The translations under genes and the position numbers were made by a program. Positions 9,269-18,805 of a stretch of 64,000 nt of DNA are shown in pieces; the stretch's first letter is position 1, and every line of letters starts with the position of its first letter. The notes beneath the pieces were generated by a model. The model saw nothing but the letters and a program-made list of their open reading frames with translations, did no database searches and had not been told where the DNA came from. This stretch comes from Patescibacteria group bacterium (GTDB taxonomy: Bacteria > Patescibacteriota > Minisyncoccia > Phycocordibacterales > Phycocordibacteraceae). The DNA lies in assembly GCA_019752595.1 (NCBI GenBank), contig JAIELV010000001.1, positions 489,209-553,208 on the forward strand. The letters are read 5' to 3'.

Positions 9269-10456
9269 TCAAGAATTACTACTCCCTACTTCACGGACAA
9301 GAGAAGACGAGACAAAGAGTACGAGACCCATAACAAGTATCATTGAGGCCACGAGGAGCGCGAACTCAGGACTGTAAAATTCCCACAGTAAACCGCCGCC
9401 GACGCCCGCAAAAATTGCACCAATACCTAATGTTGCATGCAAGAGTCCAAACGCACCACCGCGCAATTCAGGTGGAGAGAGTTCAGCCGCAAGTGCGCGC
9501 TGTACGCCGTCAGTCAACGCAGGGAAAAGTCCTAATACAAAAAACCCGAGCGCAAGTGTGAACGCGGAATCAGCGAAACCAATAATCGCGTAACTGGCGA
9601 GTAACATACCATATCCTGCAAGAATAACTTTCCGCGCACCAACGGAATCACTTGTTTTTCCTGCAATGTACGAAAAACCTGCACTCGAAATATTGTGCAC
9701 CATATAGAAGAGTGGAATTGAGGCAATGAGAAGTCCGATGTGTTCTGTTTTGAGTAGCAACACTGCTATCGGCATGGAACCCATCGCAAGAAAGAACATA
9801 GACAAAAGAAAGAGCGTAAAGCGAAGTGGTACTTTGCCTTTTGCAAACGGGAGTGAGAATGATTTTGATGAGAACACTTGCCCGACATCGCGTATAAAAA
9901 AGAGCGAAACAAGCGCAAAGAGGCCGAGAACAAACGCGGTCAAAAATACGTAATCAAATTTCAACGGAAAATAGAGAAGTATGAAATACGCTGCCAAAGG
10001 GCCAAGAATTCCGCCTAATGTATCCATTGCGCGATGAAACCCAAACGATGCCCCCATCGCCCCCTTCTCTGCAGAGATGGAAAGAATGGCATCGCGCGGT
10101 GCTTCACGAATACCTTTCCCTACCCGATCCAAAAACCGCAATCCCATCACCCCACCGACTGATGAAGCGAAAAGATACAACGGGCGAGTTATTTCAGAAA
10201 GCGTATACCCTGCAATAACAAATAATTTTCTTTTCTGGAGTTTATCTGAAAGTACACCCGAGTAGGCTTTAAAAATATTTGATGCTCCGTCCGCAATCCC
10301 CTCTACTAAACCCAACGAGCCCGCGCCAGTTTTGAGGACGCTAGTGAAAAACGCTGGAAAAATGGACAAGACCATCTCCGACGAAAAGTCGTTAAAAAAA
10401 CTCGTGAGCCCGAGGAAAAAAATATTCTTAGGAAATCCAAAGACCCTTTTTGGCAT
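9269..10456 (-). CDS. MFS transporter
   Basis: About 12 TM helices; SDKLQKRK and DRVGKGIREAPRDA motifs. Confidence 0.9.
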   Translation of the reverse strand: MPKRVFGFPKNIFFLGLTSFFNDFSSEMVLSIFPAFFTSVLKTGAGSLGLVEGIADGASNIFKAYSGVLSDKLQKRKLFVIAGYTLSEITRPLYLFASSVGGVMGLRFLDRVGKGIREAPRDAILSISAEKGAMGASFGFHRAMDTLGGILGPLAAYFILLYFPLKFDYVFLTAFVLGLFALVSLFFIRDVGQVFSSKSFSLPFAKGKVPLRFTLFLLSMFFLAMGSMPIAVLLLKTEHIGLLIASIPLFYMVHNISSAGFSYIAGKTSDSVGARKVILAGYGMLLASYAIIGFADSAFTLALGFFVLGLFPALTDGVQRALAAELSPPELRGGAFGLLHATLGIGAIFAGVGGGLLWEFYSPEFALLVASMILVMGLVLFVSSSLVREVGSSNS

Positions 10457-10462
10457 GTATGA

Positions 10463-10864
10463 CTATGAGTCAGTGGTAACACCGTCGAAATGCTCTTCGT
10501 CTTTTTCCGCGTCTGCCTTTGTCTTGTGAACCACTCCATCTTTGTGATGTGGCGGCGCATAAAGGGTGTACAACTGTAACGGCTCAGAATCGGAGAGATT
10601 GATAATGTTGTGCATTTGCCCACGCGGAACCAGCACTACCCATCCGTCGCCGAATTCATGCTCGTACTCACCCAGGACTACTTTGCCTTTCCCTTTCTCA
10701 CATCTGATGAATTGATCAACATCATGATGCACCTCAAGGCCAATATCAGCCCTGGGCGGAATCGACATAAGCACAAGCTGGCTATACTCCCCCGTGTACA
10801 ATACTCGGCGAAAATCAGAATTTTTAAGCGATGCCTCCTCTATGTTTGTCACAATACCCTTCAT
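10463..10864 (-). CDS. Cupin domain protein
   Basis: IGLEVH..DQFIRCE.G.G and VPRG..HNI.N cupin motifs. Confidence 0.85.
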   Translation of the reverse strand: MKGIVTNIEEASLKNSDFRRVLYTGEYSQLVLMSIPPRADIGLEVHHDVDQFIRCEKGKGKVVLGEYEHEFGDGWVVLVPRGQMHNIINLSDSEPLQLYTLYAPPHHKDGVVHKTKADAEKDEEHFDGVTTDS

Positions 10865-10985
10865 ATATATAAGTGTAACAGCTAAAGCAACACGTGATCG
10901 TTACAGACACGTAATGAAAGAAACTTCTGACATAGACGTCAGCACTGTATAGCCACACATATTACTTAATGATGGCTATACCACT

Positions 10986-11723
10986 ATGACAATTACACAA
11001 AAAATATCAGCATCGGTTCTTATACCAATTATGGCGCTCGCCACAATTCTAGGCGCAGCTCCCGCAATCGCTTCAGCAGACTCAAATTCAAAAAGTCGCA
11101 TTGAAGCACCATCGGTTGCAATGAGCGCCGAAGGAAAAGTGCTCGTCAAGCAAGCAAAAGTTACATCAGTCTCTGGGGCAACAATAAATGCCTCTATTAC
11201 TCTTGGTTCAGGTACTCTCTCTTGGGTCCTCAACACTGACGCGGGAACTAAGTTCTATAACCGCACAGGCTCAACTGGCGTTATTGGAGATATCGCAACA
11301 GGAGATTTAATAACTTTCGGGGGTGAGCTTCAAGGAAACGGATTTACCGTAAAAGCGCTTGCAGTGAAAGACATGACAGGGGTCGTCACGAACGCAAGTA
11401 TCGGTGGAAAAGTTGAAAGTATTAACACTAGCGCTCTTTCACTTGTTCTTGATAAATCAAGAAGCGATAACGGCAACGACAAGAAAGTGACTGTGCAGAC
11501 AAGTGCCTCAACAGCGATCTCAATGAACGGATCTGTGCTCCCCTTCGCAAGTATCCTTGCAGGAGATAAAGTAAAAGCAACAGGCACGCTTTCCGCTGAT
11601 GGACTCACACTCTCAGCCACAACACTCGTCATTACTCGCTCAAACGGCTCTGAAGATAGAAACTTCAAAGGCTTTATAAACTCCTGGTTCAAAGGAGGCA
11701 AAGAAAAGAGTAATAACGATTAA
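10986..11723 (+). CDS. Secreted protein with two repeated beta-rich (DUF5666-like) domains
   Basis: Signal peptide and a duplicated I..GD.(I/V)...G.L motif. Confidence 0.6.
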   Translation: MTITQKISASVLIPIMALATILGAAPAIASADSNSKSRIEAPSVAMSAEGKVLVKQAKVTSVSGATINASITLGSGTLSWVLNTDAGTKFYNRTGSTGVIGDIATGDLITFGGELQGNGFTVKALAVKDMTGVVTNASIGGKVESINTSALSLVLDKSRSDNGNDKKVTVQTSASTAISMNGSVLPFASILAGDKVKATGTLSADGLTLSATTLVITRSNGSEDRNFKGFINSWFKGGKEKSNND

Positions 11724-11738
11724 CGCTAGCTTTGCTAG

Positions 11739-11767
11739 AAAAAATCCCCCATATCGGGGGATTTTTT
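11739..11767. terminator. Bidirectional intrinsic terminator
   Basis: AAAAAATCCCCC-ATATC-GGGGGATTTTTT between convergent genes. Confidence 0.85.
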
Positions 11768-11791
11768 ATTTCTCTTTTTTGTCACTCGTTT

Positions 11792-12013
11792 TTATTCAGC
11801 ATACTGTGGAAGCTCCATACTTGATACAAACAGCCGTCCGTCTGGTGTTCTACACTGCGGAGGATACGTCTCCATAACGGGATTCCCTGCAGCAACACAT
11901 TCTTCAAACGTGCCGATAAGCAAGGCTCGAGCGGGTGTATACGCCTGCCACCATGCGTACGTGAGTGCCATGAGCAGAAGCCCAATAACTACGACGAAGA
12001 CGTTTTTCACCAT
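11792..12013 (-). CDS. Small membrane-anchored protein (FEECVAAGNPVMETYPPQC motif)
   Basis: TM helix plus a two-Cys module. Confidence 0.65.
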   Translation of the reverse strand: MVKNVFVVVIGLLLMALTYAWWQAYTPARALLIGTFEECVAAGNPVMETYPPQCRTPDGRLFVSSMELPQYAE

Positions 12014-12396
12014 AGAAAGCCGAAGCCAAATCCTGCGAGGTACAGTCCAAAGATAATCATGACGGCGCCAGCACCGTAGTAAAACTGTTTATTGTCGAAA
12101 CGTTTAATGAGCGCATCAAGCGAACCGCCATCGATAAATAACAACATAAGGCCTTTGAGAAGTATTATCCATCCAAAGACCGTCAAGAAACCAGCAACGA
12201 ATGTTGTGAAATCGCTATACCCCACGACATAGAAGAGGCCGAGCATCGTAACCAGGAGCGCGAGCGAGAACCGTAGCATTCCTTCGGATTTGAAATGGCG
12301 TTCTGCCGCGCGGATTTCTTTTTGTTTGAGGATTATTCCCAGTCCACCAACTGCAAGGTAGAGACCTATCACTTTTGCAAGAAGTATCGTAATCAT
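12007..12396 (-). CDS. Membrane protein
   Basis: Four predicted TM helices. Confidence 0.7.
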   Translation of the reverse strand: MITILLAKVIGLYLAVGGLGIILKQKEIRAAERHFKSEGMLRFSLALLVTMLGLFYVVGYSDFTTFVAGFLTVFGWIILLKGLMLLFIDGGSLDALIKRFDNKQFYYGAGAVMIIFGLYLAGFGFGFLW

Positions 12397-12405
12397 ATTG
12401 TTTTG

Positions 12406-12825
12406 TTAGACCCAGTACACTAATACAAGCGCGGAAACGGCAAGCGTCACGAGATAATATGACGTGGTCAAGAAAAACAGATTCCATGATTTTCCCTCCC
12501 AGAGCACAACGCCGACATTAACTGGCACGTAAAAGCCGAGCCAAATCCAAAATGCAGACATGAGCGCGAGCTCATATCCTGTCGTTCCCAAATATGCACC
12601 TGCAAATACTATGTGATGCGCAAGTACAAACGCAGACAAAAGCCCTACGATGAAGCCACCGAACATCGCCTGAAGAGGCGTCAACTTCATTGACTTCATA
12701 CTCTCTGGCGTGATGCCGACCATACTCATCCACTGTTTTCCGAACAGCGGTCCGTACCACAATCCGCCGATAACTAGATACAAAATACCACCCACTAACA
12801 CTGCTAGATAATTTACGTCAACCAT
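12406..12825 (-). CDS. DUF1761 family membrane protein
   Basis: VNYLAVLV...GGLWYGPLFGKQW. Confidence 0.8.
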   Translation of the reverse strand: MVDVNYLAVLVGGILYLVIGGLWYGPLFGKQWMSMVGITPESMKSMKLTPLQAMFGGFIVGLLSAFVLAHHIVFAGAYLGTTGYELALMSAFWIWLGFYVPVNVGVVLWEGKSWNLFFLTTSYYLVTLAVSALVLVYWV

Positions 12826-12880
12826 ATGAAAAATTAGATACTAAATACTACCTATATACAGTATACCCCCGTCGAAAAGC

Positions 12881-13780
12881 CTACTTTATTTCAAAGAGAT
12901 TTGTGAACCGCGTAACACGGAAATTTGCAGTGAGCAAAATAACCCCCAAAATAAAGGGTATAAGCGCTGATATCTGCCACACCGTGGGCACCTGCAACAA
13001 AATGAGCCATGCGAACAGAAGAGTTAAGAATGGCGACATACTTTGAAGGAGTATTGCCTTCGTTACAGGTATACGGTGTATACCCTCAATCCAAAAAAGT
13101 TTTGAAAGCCCGAAAATCAACACTCCGTTTATTAAAAGGTACGGTAAGGTCGGCAGTAGTCCGTCAACGCCTATTGATTCCTTGAGAAAAAACGCGAGAG
13201 CAAGGAGCGCAAAACCAGAAAAAAGACTCCGTAAAAACATAATCGTCTCCGAAGAGGCAATTTCTCTGCATTTCTGTGTGAACATATTCCCGAATGGAGC
13301 GAGAAATGTGGCACCAAGAATCAACAAATCACCGACAGCAAAGCCCGTAAAATTTTCACCCAACACAATGAGCGCTCCCGCAATCATGAAGAGGGCGCCC
13401 AGTGTGTGTTCGAGAGAAAAAGCTTCTTTGCGTAGAACATTAAACAATAGGTACGTCGTAAAAACTTCAAATAGTACGAGGATAGACGCATTACCAGGAG
13501 TTGTGTACTTGAGACCAAGATAATAAAGACCGTAGAACCAAATACCTATGAAGAACGCAATCAAAAGTCCGTACCTCCACACGAGAGGATTTTTCAAATC
13601 ACGCCACGTGCCTTTTACAAACATCACGCACGCGAAAAATAGCGTTGCAAAAATAGTTGTCCACGCGAGAGTCGTGACTGGCGCCAGGCTCCCAAATGAG
13701 AGAACAGCGATAATAGGAAACAACGACCACAGAAGCGCTTCAGACAAGATGAACAACTCTCCTTTTCTTTCTTCAGTCAC
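12881..13780 (-). CDS. DMT/EamA family transporter
   Basis: About 10 TM helices in two repeats; GLKYTTPGNAS. Probable GTG start. Confidence 0.85.
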   Translation of the reverse strand: MTEERKGELFILSEALLWSLFPIIAVLSFGSLAPVTTLAWTTIFATLFFACVMFVKGTWRDLKNPLVWRYGLLIAFFIGIWFYGLYYLGLKYTTPGNASILVLFEVFTTYLLFNVLRKEAFSLEHTLGALFMIAGALIVLGENFTGFAVGDLLILGATFLAPFGNMFTQKCREIASSETIMFLRSLFSGFALLALAFFLKESIGVDGLLPTLPYLLINGVLIFGLSKLFWIEGIHRIPVTKAILLQSMSPFLTLLFAWLILLQVPTVWQISALIPFILGVILLTANFRVTRFTNLFEIK

Positions 13781-13781
13781 G

Positions 13782-14423
13782 TTAAAATTCCTGCACTGAG
13801 CCTTCAATCATATCTACAAAATCGATTCCCGCTTTCTCTAGAACGTTTTTCGAAACAAACCGCGTTGAGCCTAGTCGATCAGGGCGTAGCATGCCGTCGT
13901 GAACGGGAAAACATATTTTGGGATGCACCTTGAGCGCATACTCGACGGCGTCAGATATTTTTAACCACGGCGCTGCAACAGGAAGTGCGAGAACCTCTAC
14001 ATTTTCTGGGAATTGTGTGAGCGCATCACCAGGGTAGAAAAGACGATCGGCAATCATAAAGCCTGTGTTTCTAATGAGCGGGATTGAATCGTGAATACAT
14101 GCGTGGTCGACGCCATATCCTTTCACGGTAACGCCCTCTATGTCCGCCACGGCACCGTCCTCCAACACTTGAAACGCTATTCCTGCAACCGAAAGCAACT
14201 TTCCTACGCCAGCGTTCGTATAGATTCCTACACCAGGATTATTCGTAAGGATTTTTTTCAGTGAGTCGAGAAAGACGTGGTCTGGGTGTTCGTGTGTAAT
14301 TAGTATGGCGTGAAGATTTGTAACGTTTTCCTGTGTCGTCGAAAAATTGCCTGGGTCAATCAGTATGCGCGCACTACCTTCCTCGATAAGAAGACAGCTG
14401 TGCCCAAATTTTGTGATGCGCAT
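13782..14423 (-). CDS. Metallo-beta-lactamase fold hydrolase
   Basis: GHSCLL, IDPG, ITHEHPDH, PGD, PVHD. Confidence 0.9.
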   Translation of the reverse strand: MRITKFGHSCLLIEEGSARILIDPGNFSTTQENVTNLHAILITHEHPDHVFLDSLKKILTNNPGVGIYTNAGVGKLLSVAGIAFQVLEDGAVADIEGVTVKGYGVDHACIHDSIPLIRNTGFMIADRLFYPGDALTQFPENVEVLALPVAAPWLKISDAVEYALKVHPKICFPVHDGMLRPDRLGSTRFVSKNVLEKAGIDFVDMIEGSVQEF

Positions 14424-14497
14424 GCAGTTACTGTAGCAGAAAACAAAATGCGTTCGGAATGTGCTATACTAAGTATAGCACATTCTGTGGGTGAAGT

Positions 14498-15715
14498 TTA
14501 GCCGAAGGTGAAGGTAAAGGCTTGAAGGCCTGGCTGGGGCACGGAGAATTCCAAAAGGTGCGTTTCGCGCGTGGTCCCTTCTATTATTTTATAGAGCTGA
14601 TTCTTTTCTATTTTCACGTAGCTTTTTCCGTTTTTGTAGTACACGTCAGCGCCTTTTTTTGATTCAGGAACGGGCGCACCATCAATCAGAACTTCAATTT
14701 CGTTTGCCGTGATTGCTCCCGCGACGAAATAGACACTCTTAGCTGTGTAGCGAAACAGCACACGACTTTGTGACACTGATTCTGCATATTCTTTTTTGAT
14801 ACTCCATGTACCTGGGAGATACAGAACGTTCGCTTTCTCCGTTACTGGGGCGGGATAATTTACTGTGCTTTCAACGCGAGCTAAGCCGCTTCCGAAGTTG
14901 TTATTGCGCCATGCACCAAAATAGGTTTCAGGACTTCCTGAAGAGATATCAGCTTCGGGGATTCCAGAGGAGACGAGTGCGGCATTTACGCTTCCCTCTT
15001 CACCTAAAACCTCTGCGCGCTCTTTCAGAAGTTCCTGAATTTTCTTTTCCGTAATGTCATATGCACCTTCACCTATGTGGTCGTAGACAATGTTGCCGTG
15101 AATGTCGATAAGGTACTTTCGTGGCCAGTACCGATTTCCGTATGCGCCCCACGTACCGTAGTCGTTGTCGAGTACTACAGGATGTACGATGCCGAATTTC
15201 AGCATCGCCTCCTTCACGTTTTCAATGTTTTTTTCAAACGCAAATTCAGGCGTGTGGATACCGACGATTTCTAAGCCCTGATCTTTGTATTTCTGATACC
15301 ACGCATTCAAGTGTGGAAACGTACGCTGGCAGTTAATACAGCTGTACGTCATGAAGTCGATAAGAATCACTTTCTTCCCGACCAATTCCCCTATCGTGAT
15401 TGGTGCAGTGTTCACAAATCCTGAAGGATTAGTGATTTCGTTGTACGGCGTGCCTGTTGGTTTTGGTTTTGTTGCGATTTCAGGTGACGTAGTGGCATTC
15501 ACCAGCTCACCCTCATTCGTTTCTGCAATGGGAGCAGGAGAAGAAAACAAAACACCGAGGCCTGCCCCGACCAGAACAAACGTAATTGCTGCAATAATCA
15601 GTATCGGCTTCACGCTCGCCTGCTGGCTCGGTACTTCCTCACTCTCGTTCGGTCGCACATGCGTCTGCTGACTTAGTACTTCCTCACTCTCGTTCGGTCG
15701 CATATTCATAATCAT
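14498..15715 (-). CDS. DipZ-like redoxin (thioredoxin domain plus DipZ C-terminal domain)
   Basis: DFMTYSCINCQRT, GIHTPEFAFEK, NRYWP, HIGEGAY, C-terminal AFTFTFG. Confidence 0.85.
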   Translation of the reverse strand: MIMNMRPNESEEVLSQQTHVRPNESEEVPSQQASVKPILIIAAITFVLVGAGLGVLFSSPAPIAETNEGELVNATTSPEIATKPKPTGTPYNEITNPSGFVNTAPITIGELVGKKVILIDFMTYSCINCQRTFPHLNAWYQKYKDQGLEIVGIHTPEFAFEKNIENVKEAMLKFGIVHPVVLDNDYGTWGAYGNRYWPRKYLIDIHGNIVYDHIGEGAYDITEKKIQELLKERAEVLGEEGSVNAALVSSGIPEADISSGSPETYFGAWRNNNFGSGLARVESTVNYPAPVTEKANVLYLPGTWSIKKEYAESVSQSRVLFRYTAKSVYFVAGAITANEIEVLIDGAPVPESKKGADVYYKNGKSYVKIEKNQLYKIIEGTTRETHLLEFSVPQPGLQAFTFTFG

Positions 15716-16437
15716 TGAATTTTTTCTAAAAGAATCTGTTCAAACTTTGTCACGTCAATAAATCCTAGATTGAGAATCAGTACCTGTAACTGCTTGTCGA
15801 AACCTGTGGCAATCATGACAGCGAGAAAAATAAAAAGAACGCCGAGGGTTCTTTTAAACCACCCCCTGGGATCGGCCAATCCTGAGAGACGAGTAGCAAG
15901 TCTTTCACCAAGAAGCGCCAACATAAGAAGGACAAGCGAAAGCCCTAGTGTGTAACTCAAAATATAGAGCGAGCCGAGGGCGAGCGACACTGGCAAGACG
16001 GACGCAAGTATGACGAAATACGTCGGAGAACAGGTGGAGAACACTGGTCCGAGTGCCGCACCTATTAACACATCGCCCCAGAAACTTTGTTTTTTCATTC
16101 CCGCCCCGACGAGTTTGTTTGAACTGACCGAGAGTTTGGAAAGACCAGGAATGTTTTCCCAGAGTGACGGGAACAGAAGTGTGAGACCGAACAGCGCAAG
16201 GATACTCGCTGAAAGGTACATCCAAAACTCAGGCGGAACCATAATGAACGCAGTCGATACTTTCAGGAGGTAGGTAAAGAGGATAACAGAAACTGCCAAA
16301 GACCCCACAACGACGTACGGAGTCAAACGGCTTCTGCCTGCAGCAGATGAGCCGATAATCACTGGCAATACTGGCAAGATGCACGGCGCTAAAACCGTGA
16401 GAACGCCCGCTATGAATGAAACAATGAGGAACGTCAT
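15712..16437 (-). CDS. ccdA: CcdA/DsbD-family disulfide interchange membrane protein
   Basis: AGVLTVLAPCILPVLP and FSTCSP cysteines. Confidence 0.85.
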   Translation of the reverse strand: MTFLIVSFIAGVLTVLAPCILPVLPVIIGSSAAGRSRLTPYVVVGSLAVSVILFTYLLKVSTAFIMVPPEFWMYLSASILALFGLTLLFPSLWENIPGLSKLSVSSNKLVGAGMKKQSFWGDVLIGAALGPVFSTCSPTYFVILASVLPVSLALGSLYILSYTLGLSLVLLMLALLGERLATRLSGLADPRGWFKRTLGVLFIFLAVMIATGFDKQLQVLILNLGFIDVTKFEQILLEKIQ

Positions 16438-16439
16438 TC

Positions 16440-16985
16440 TTATTTTATATTCGAGACGAGCGAAGCCAACGTGGGCGATTTAGTCCATTTCGCAATTTGA
16501 TTGCCGTTTGCATCAACCTGCACGAAGGTGTGTTGGTATGTCACACCATACTTCTGCTTCAGTGCCGTTGAGTCGTCATAATTCACATCGAGAATGGTGA
16601 CGTTTGCGGGGATAGCACCAAGGTTTGCACGTATATCTGCATCAAGCGCTCGGCATGTGGGGCACCACGCTGCGCGGAAAAAAAGCACCACATCACCGTT
16701 CTGTGCTTTTGCTAGCTTCTCAGGAGCATATGCTTCGTATGAACCTGCACTCATCATTGCGCCCTCGTCCGTTTTCTCCATCATCGCCTCTCCATCTTTC
16801 TGCATCATCACCTCACCATCCTTCTCCATCATCGCATCACCGTCTTTCTGCATCATTGCATCATCGGTTTTTTCCATCATCGCATCACCCTGCATATTCT
16901 GCGACGTGTCTTTCGGCATTAGAAAAAACAACGCTCCGCCTCCGAGGACGATAACTAGAGCGACTAGGATAAATGTTTTATTCAT
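16440..16985 (-). CDS. Membrane-anchored thioredoxin with Met-rich repeat linker
   Basis: WCPTC motif; (G/D)(D/E)(A/V)MM(E/Q)K repeats. Confidence 0.85.
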   Translation of the reverse strand: MNKTFILVALVIVLGGGALFFLMPKDTSQNMQGDAMMEKTDDAMMQKDGDAMMEKDGEVMMQKDGEAMMEKTDEGAMMSAGSYEAYAPEKLAKAQNGDVVLFFRAAWCPTCRALDADIRANLGAIPANVTILDVNYDDSTALKQKYGVTYQHTFVQVDANGNQIAKWTKSPTLASLVSNIK

Positions 16986-17040
16986 ATAGATTCTGTTGGT
17001 TTATTTCTTAACAAACCTAGTGTATCGAGTTTGCGTACTG

Positions 17041-17060
17041 ATGTAAAGTCAACTTTACAT
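17041..17060. promoter_or_regulatory. Palindromic operator upstream of the thioredoxin-ccdA-dipZ operon
   Basis: ATGTAAAGT-CA-ACTTTACAT. A related site, GTTAAGTTAACTTTACAT, lies at 17839-17856. Confidence 0.55.
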
Positions 17061-17087
17061 TGCAAAGTGGATATCTTCTCGAAAAAA

Positions 17088-17450
17088 CTATCCGTGAGAA
17101 TCGTAAAACAGACGGGCGCCGAGCTTTGTAACCACCATGGCACCAAGCGCGCCCGCTATCCACGGGTCGATTTCATGACCAAAACCTTGCACTAAAAGAC
17201 CGGCCGTGAGCACTGCAATGCCTGCAAGGTACGCCACTCGCCCCGCATTCATGCGGTGTAATGCTTCGCGTTCGTCTTCTGCTGATTCATACATGACAAA
17301 ACCTGCCCACACGAGAAGGAGTGCGGCGGCCGACACCAGTGCAATGGTGGCAGCCATTGGTGGCATCCAATACATGAACGGATCGGTCAGTACAAAAAGA
17401 AGTGCGACCACAAGAACCGCAACGGAGATATGCAAAATATTATTTTTCAT
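17088..17450 (-). CDS. Membrane protein (DERE motif), partner of the XRE regulator
   Basis: Four TM helices and EDERE; overlaps the end of the HTH gene. Confidence 0.7.
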   Translation of the reverse strand: MKNNILHISVAVLVVALLFVLTDPFMYWMPPMAATIALVSAAALLLVWAGFVMYESAEDEREALHRMNAGRVAYLAGIAVLTAGLLVQGFGHEIDPWIAGALGAMVVTKLGARLFYDSHG

Positions 17451-17652
17451 ACGAAACTTTAAAAATTTCTTCAACGGGAGTTTTAAACACCTTACCTATC
17501 TTAATAGCTAAAAGCACTGACGGAGTGTAGTTCCCCTTCTCTATCGCAATAATCGTCTGCCGACTCACATTCACCTTTTCAGCTAGTTCTTCCTGCGTCA
17601 GACCAGCTTTCGTACGCAAATGGTAGACGCAGTTTGATACGCATTCATCCAT
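17440..17652 (-). CDS. XRE-family HTH transcriptional regulator
   Basis: LTQEELAEKVNVSRQTIIAIEKGNYTPS...VEEIF. Confidence 0.9.
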   Translation of the reverse strand: MDECVSNCVYHLRTKAGLTQEELAEKVNVSRQTIIAIEKGNYTPSVLLAIKIGKVFKTPVEEIFKVSYEK

Positions 17653-17658
17653 ACAAAA

Positions 17659-17826
17659 CTATCTCCCGCACACGCACGCACACTCAGGGTCTTTATCTTT
17701 CTCCGAATGTCCACACTTTGGACACGAAGCGGTCCATTCCCCTACTTCAGTGCATTCGCAATCGCACTTTCCACTTTGCTTTTCATGTTTATGTTCGCAC
17801 ACCGCGCATTCAGTATCTTGATACAT
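17659..17826 (-). CDS. 55-aa Cys/His-rich metallothionein-like microprotein
   Basis: Manual translation: MYQDTECAVCEHKHEKQSGKCDCECTEVGEWTASCPKCGHSEKDKDPECACVCGR*. Ends 6 nt before the XRE start. Confidence 0.7.
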   Translation of the reverse strand: MYQDTECAVCEHKHEKQSGKCDCECTEVGEWTASCPKCGHSEKDKDPECACVCGR

Positions 17827-18048
17827 AATTATTTATTAGTTAAGTTAACTTTACATATAGTACACCCACACGAAAACTGAGCAAGAACATATCCCCTTTC
17901 GGACCACGATTCGGCACAATCGGTTGAAAAAGGGCGGTTTTTCAGCTATTCTTCGGCAGATTGCGGGTTCGTCTGATGGAAAGCAAAACTTCCTTTTAGC
18001 GCTCGCTCGGAAATGACTGCGCACTTTTACATCGTTCATACTTACAGC

Positions 18049-18119
18049 TGCGGGATCGTCTAATGGTAGGACACCTCCCTCTGGAGGAGGCTATCTTGGT
18101 TCGAGTCCAGGTCCCGCAG
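18049..18119 (+). tRNA. tRNA-Gln(CTG)
   Basis: Acceptor TGCGGGA/TCCCGCA, anticodon arm CCTCC-CTCTGGA-GGAGG, T-loop TTCGAGT. Confidence 0.92.
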
Positions 18120-18168
18120 CTGTGAGCGTGAGCAGTGCGCATCATTCCTCTCGCTTGCTAAAAAGACA

Positions 18169-18217
18169 GGACACTTACCTCTGGAGCAAGTGGGTTTCGA
18201 GTCCCTGACCCGCAGCT
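18169..18217 (+). pseudogene. Degenerate copy of the 3' two-thirds of tRNA-Gln
   Basis: GGACACTTACCTCTGGAG...TTCGAGTCC...CCCGCAGCT resembles 18069-18121. Confidence 0.6.
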
Positions 18218-18251
18218 AGCGTCAGTAACGAATTATTAATTCAAATGTTTT

Positions 18252-18734
18252 ATGTTTGAAAACTTTTTTGGCAGTACGGAAATGGCCTTCATGATTGACC
18301 TTGTAATCGCAGTTGTGCTTGGCGTAATCGTAGGCGCTGAACGTGAATCCCGTGGTAAAGACGCGGGGATTAGCACACACACATTTGTTATCGCAGGAGC
18401 AATGCTTTTTACCTTTTTATCGATGACTGTAGACCCAGCTTCAAAATCACGTATAGCAGCACAAATCGTATCTGGAATCGGCTTCCTAGGTGCTGGGCTC
18501 ATACTGAAAGACGGCGCAAGCGTAAAAAATCTGACGACCGCGGCAAGCATCTGGTTTGCGGGCGCAATCGGTATGGCAATAGGTTTTGGTTACCATGCGA
18601 TAGCTATCACCGCAGCTCTTACCTCCGTTCTCATTCCACATATTCCTCATTTAAAACATCGTGTGCCGAAGAAATTTAACCCGAAGAAAGAACCCCAGGA
18701 AGAGGCTTCATCGTACGTAGTCGCCGACGATTAA
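18252..18734 (+). CDS. MgtC/SapB family protein
   Basis: GAERE..GK.AG..TH, RIAAQIVSGIGFLGAG, LTTAASIW. Confidence 0.9.
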   Translation: MFENFFGSTEMAFMIDLVIAVVLGVIVGAERESRGKDAGISTHTFVIAGAMLFTFLSMTVDPASKSRIAAQIVSGIGFLGAGLILKDGASVKNLTTAASIWFAGAIGMAIGFGYHAIAITAALTSVLIPHIPHLKHRVPKKFNPKKEPQEEASSYVVADD

Positions 18735-18805
18735 TTTATCTGGATTTCCACAAGGGGAGCGCGGCCTCATAGAGAACTATTTTTGATGCGACGAAATAGC
18801 CACAT

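Noticed and set aside
15620-15705. 45-nt tandem duplication at the DipZ-like N-terminus (RPNESEEV.SQQ twice)
   Set aside because: Real, but most simply a slippage duplication in a disordered cytoplasmic tail.
17860-18040. Structured intergenic region as RNase P, tmRNA or SRP RNA
   Set aside because: No conserved signature of those RNAs could be identified by eye.
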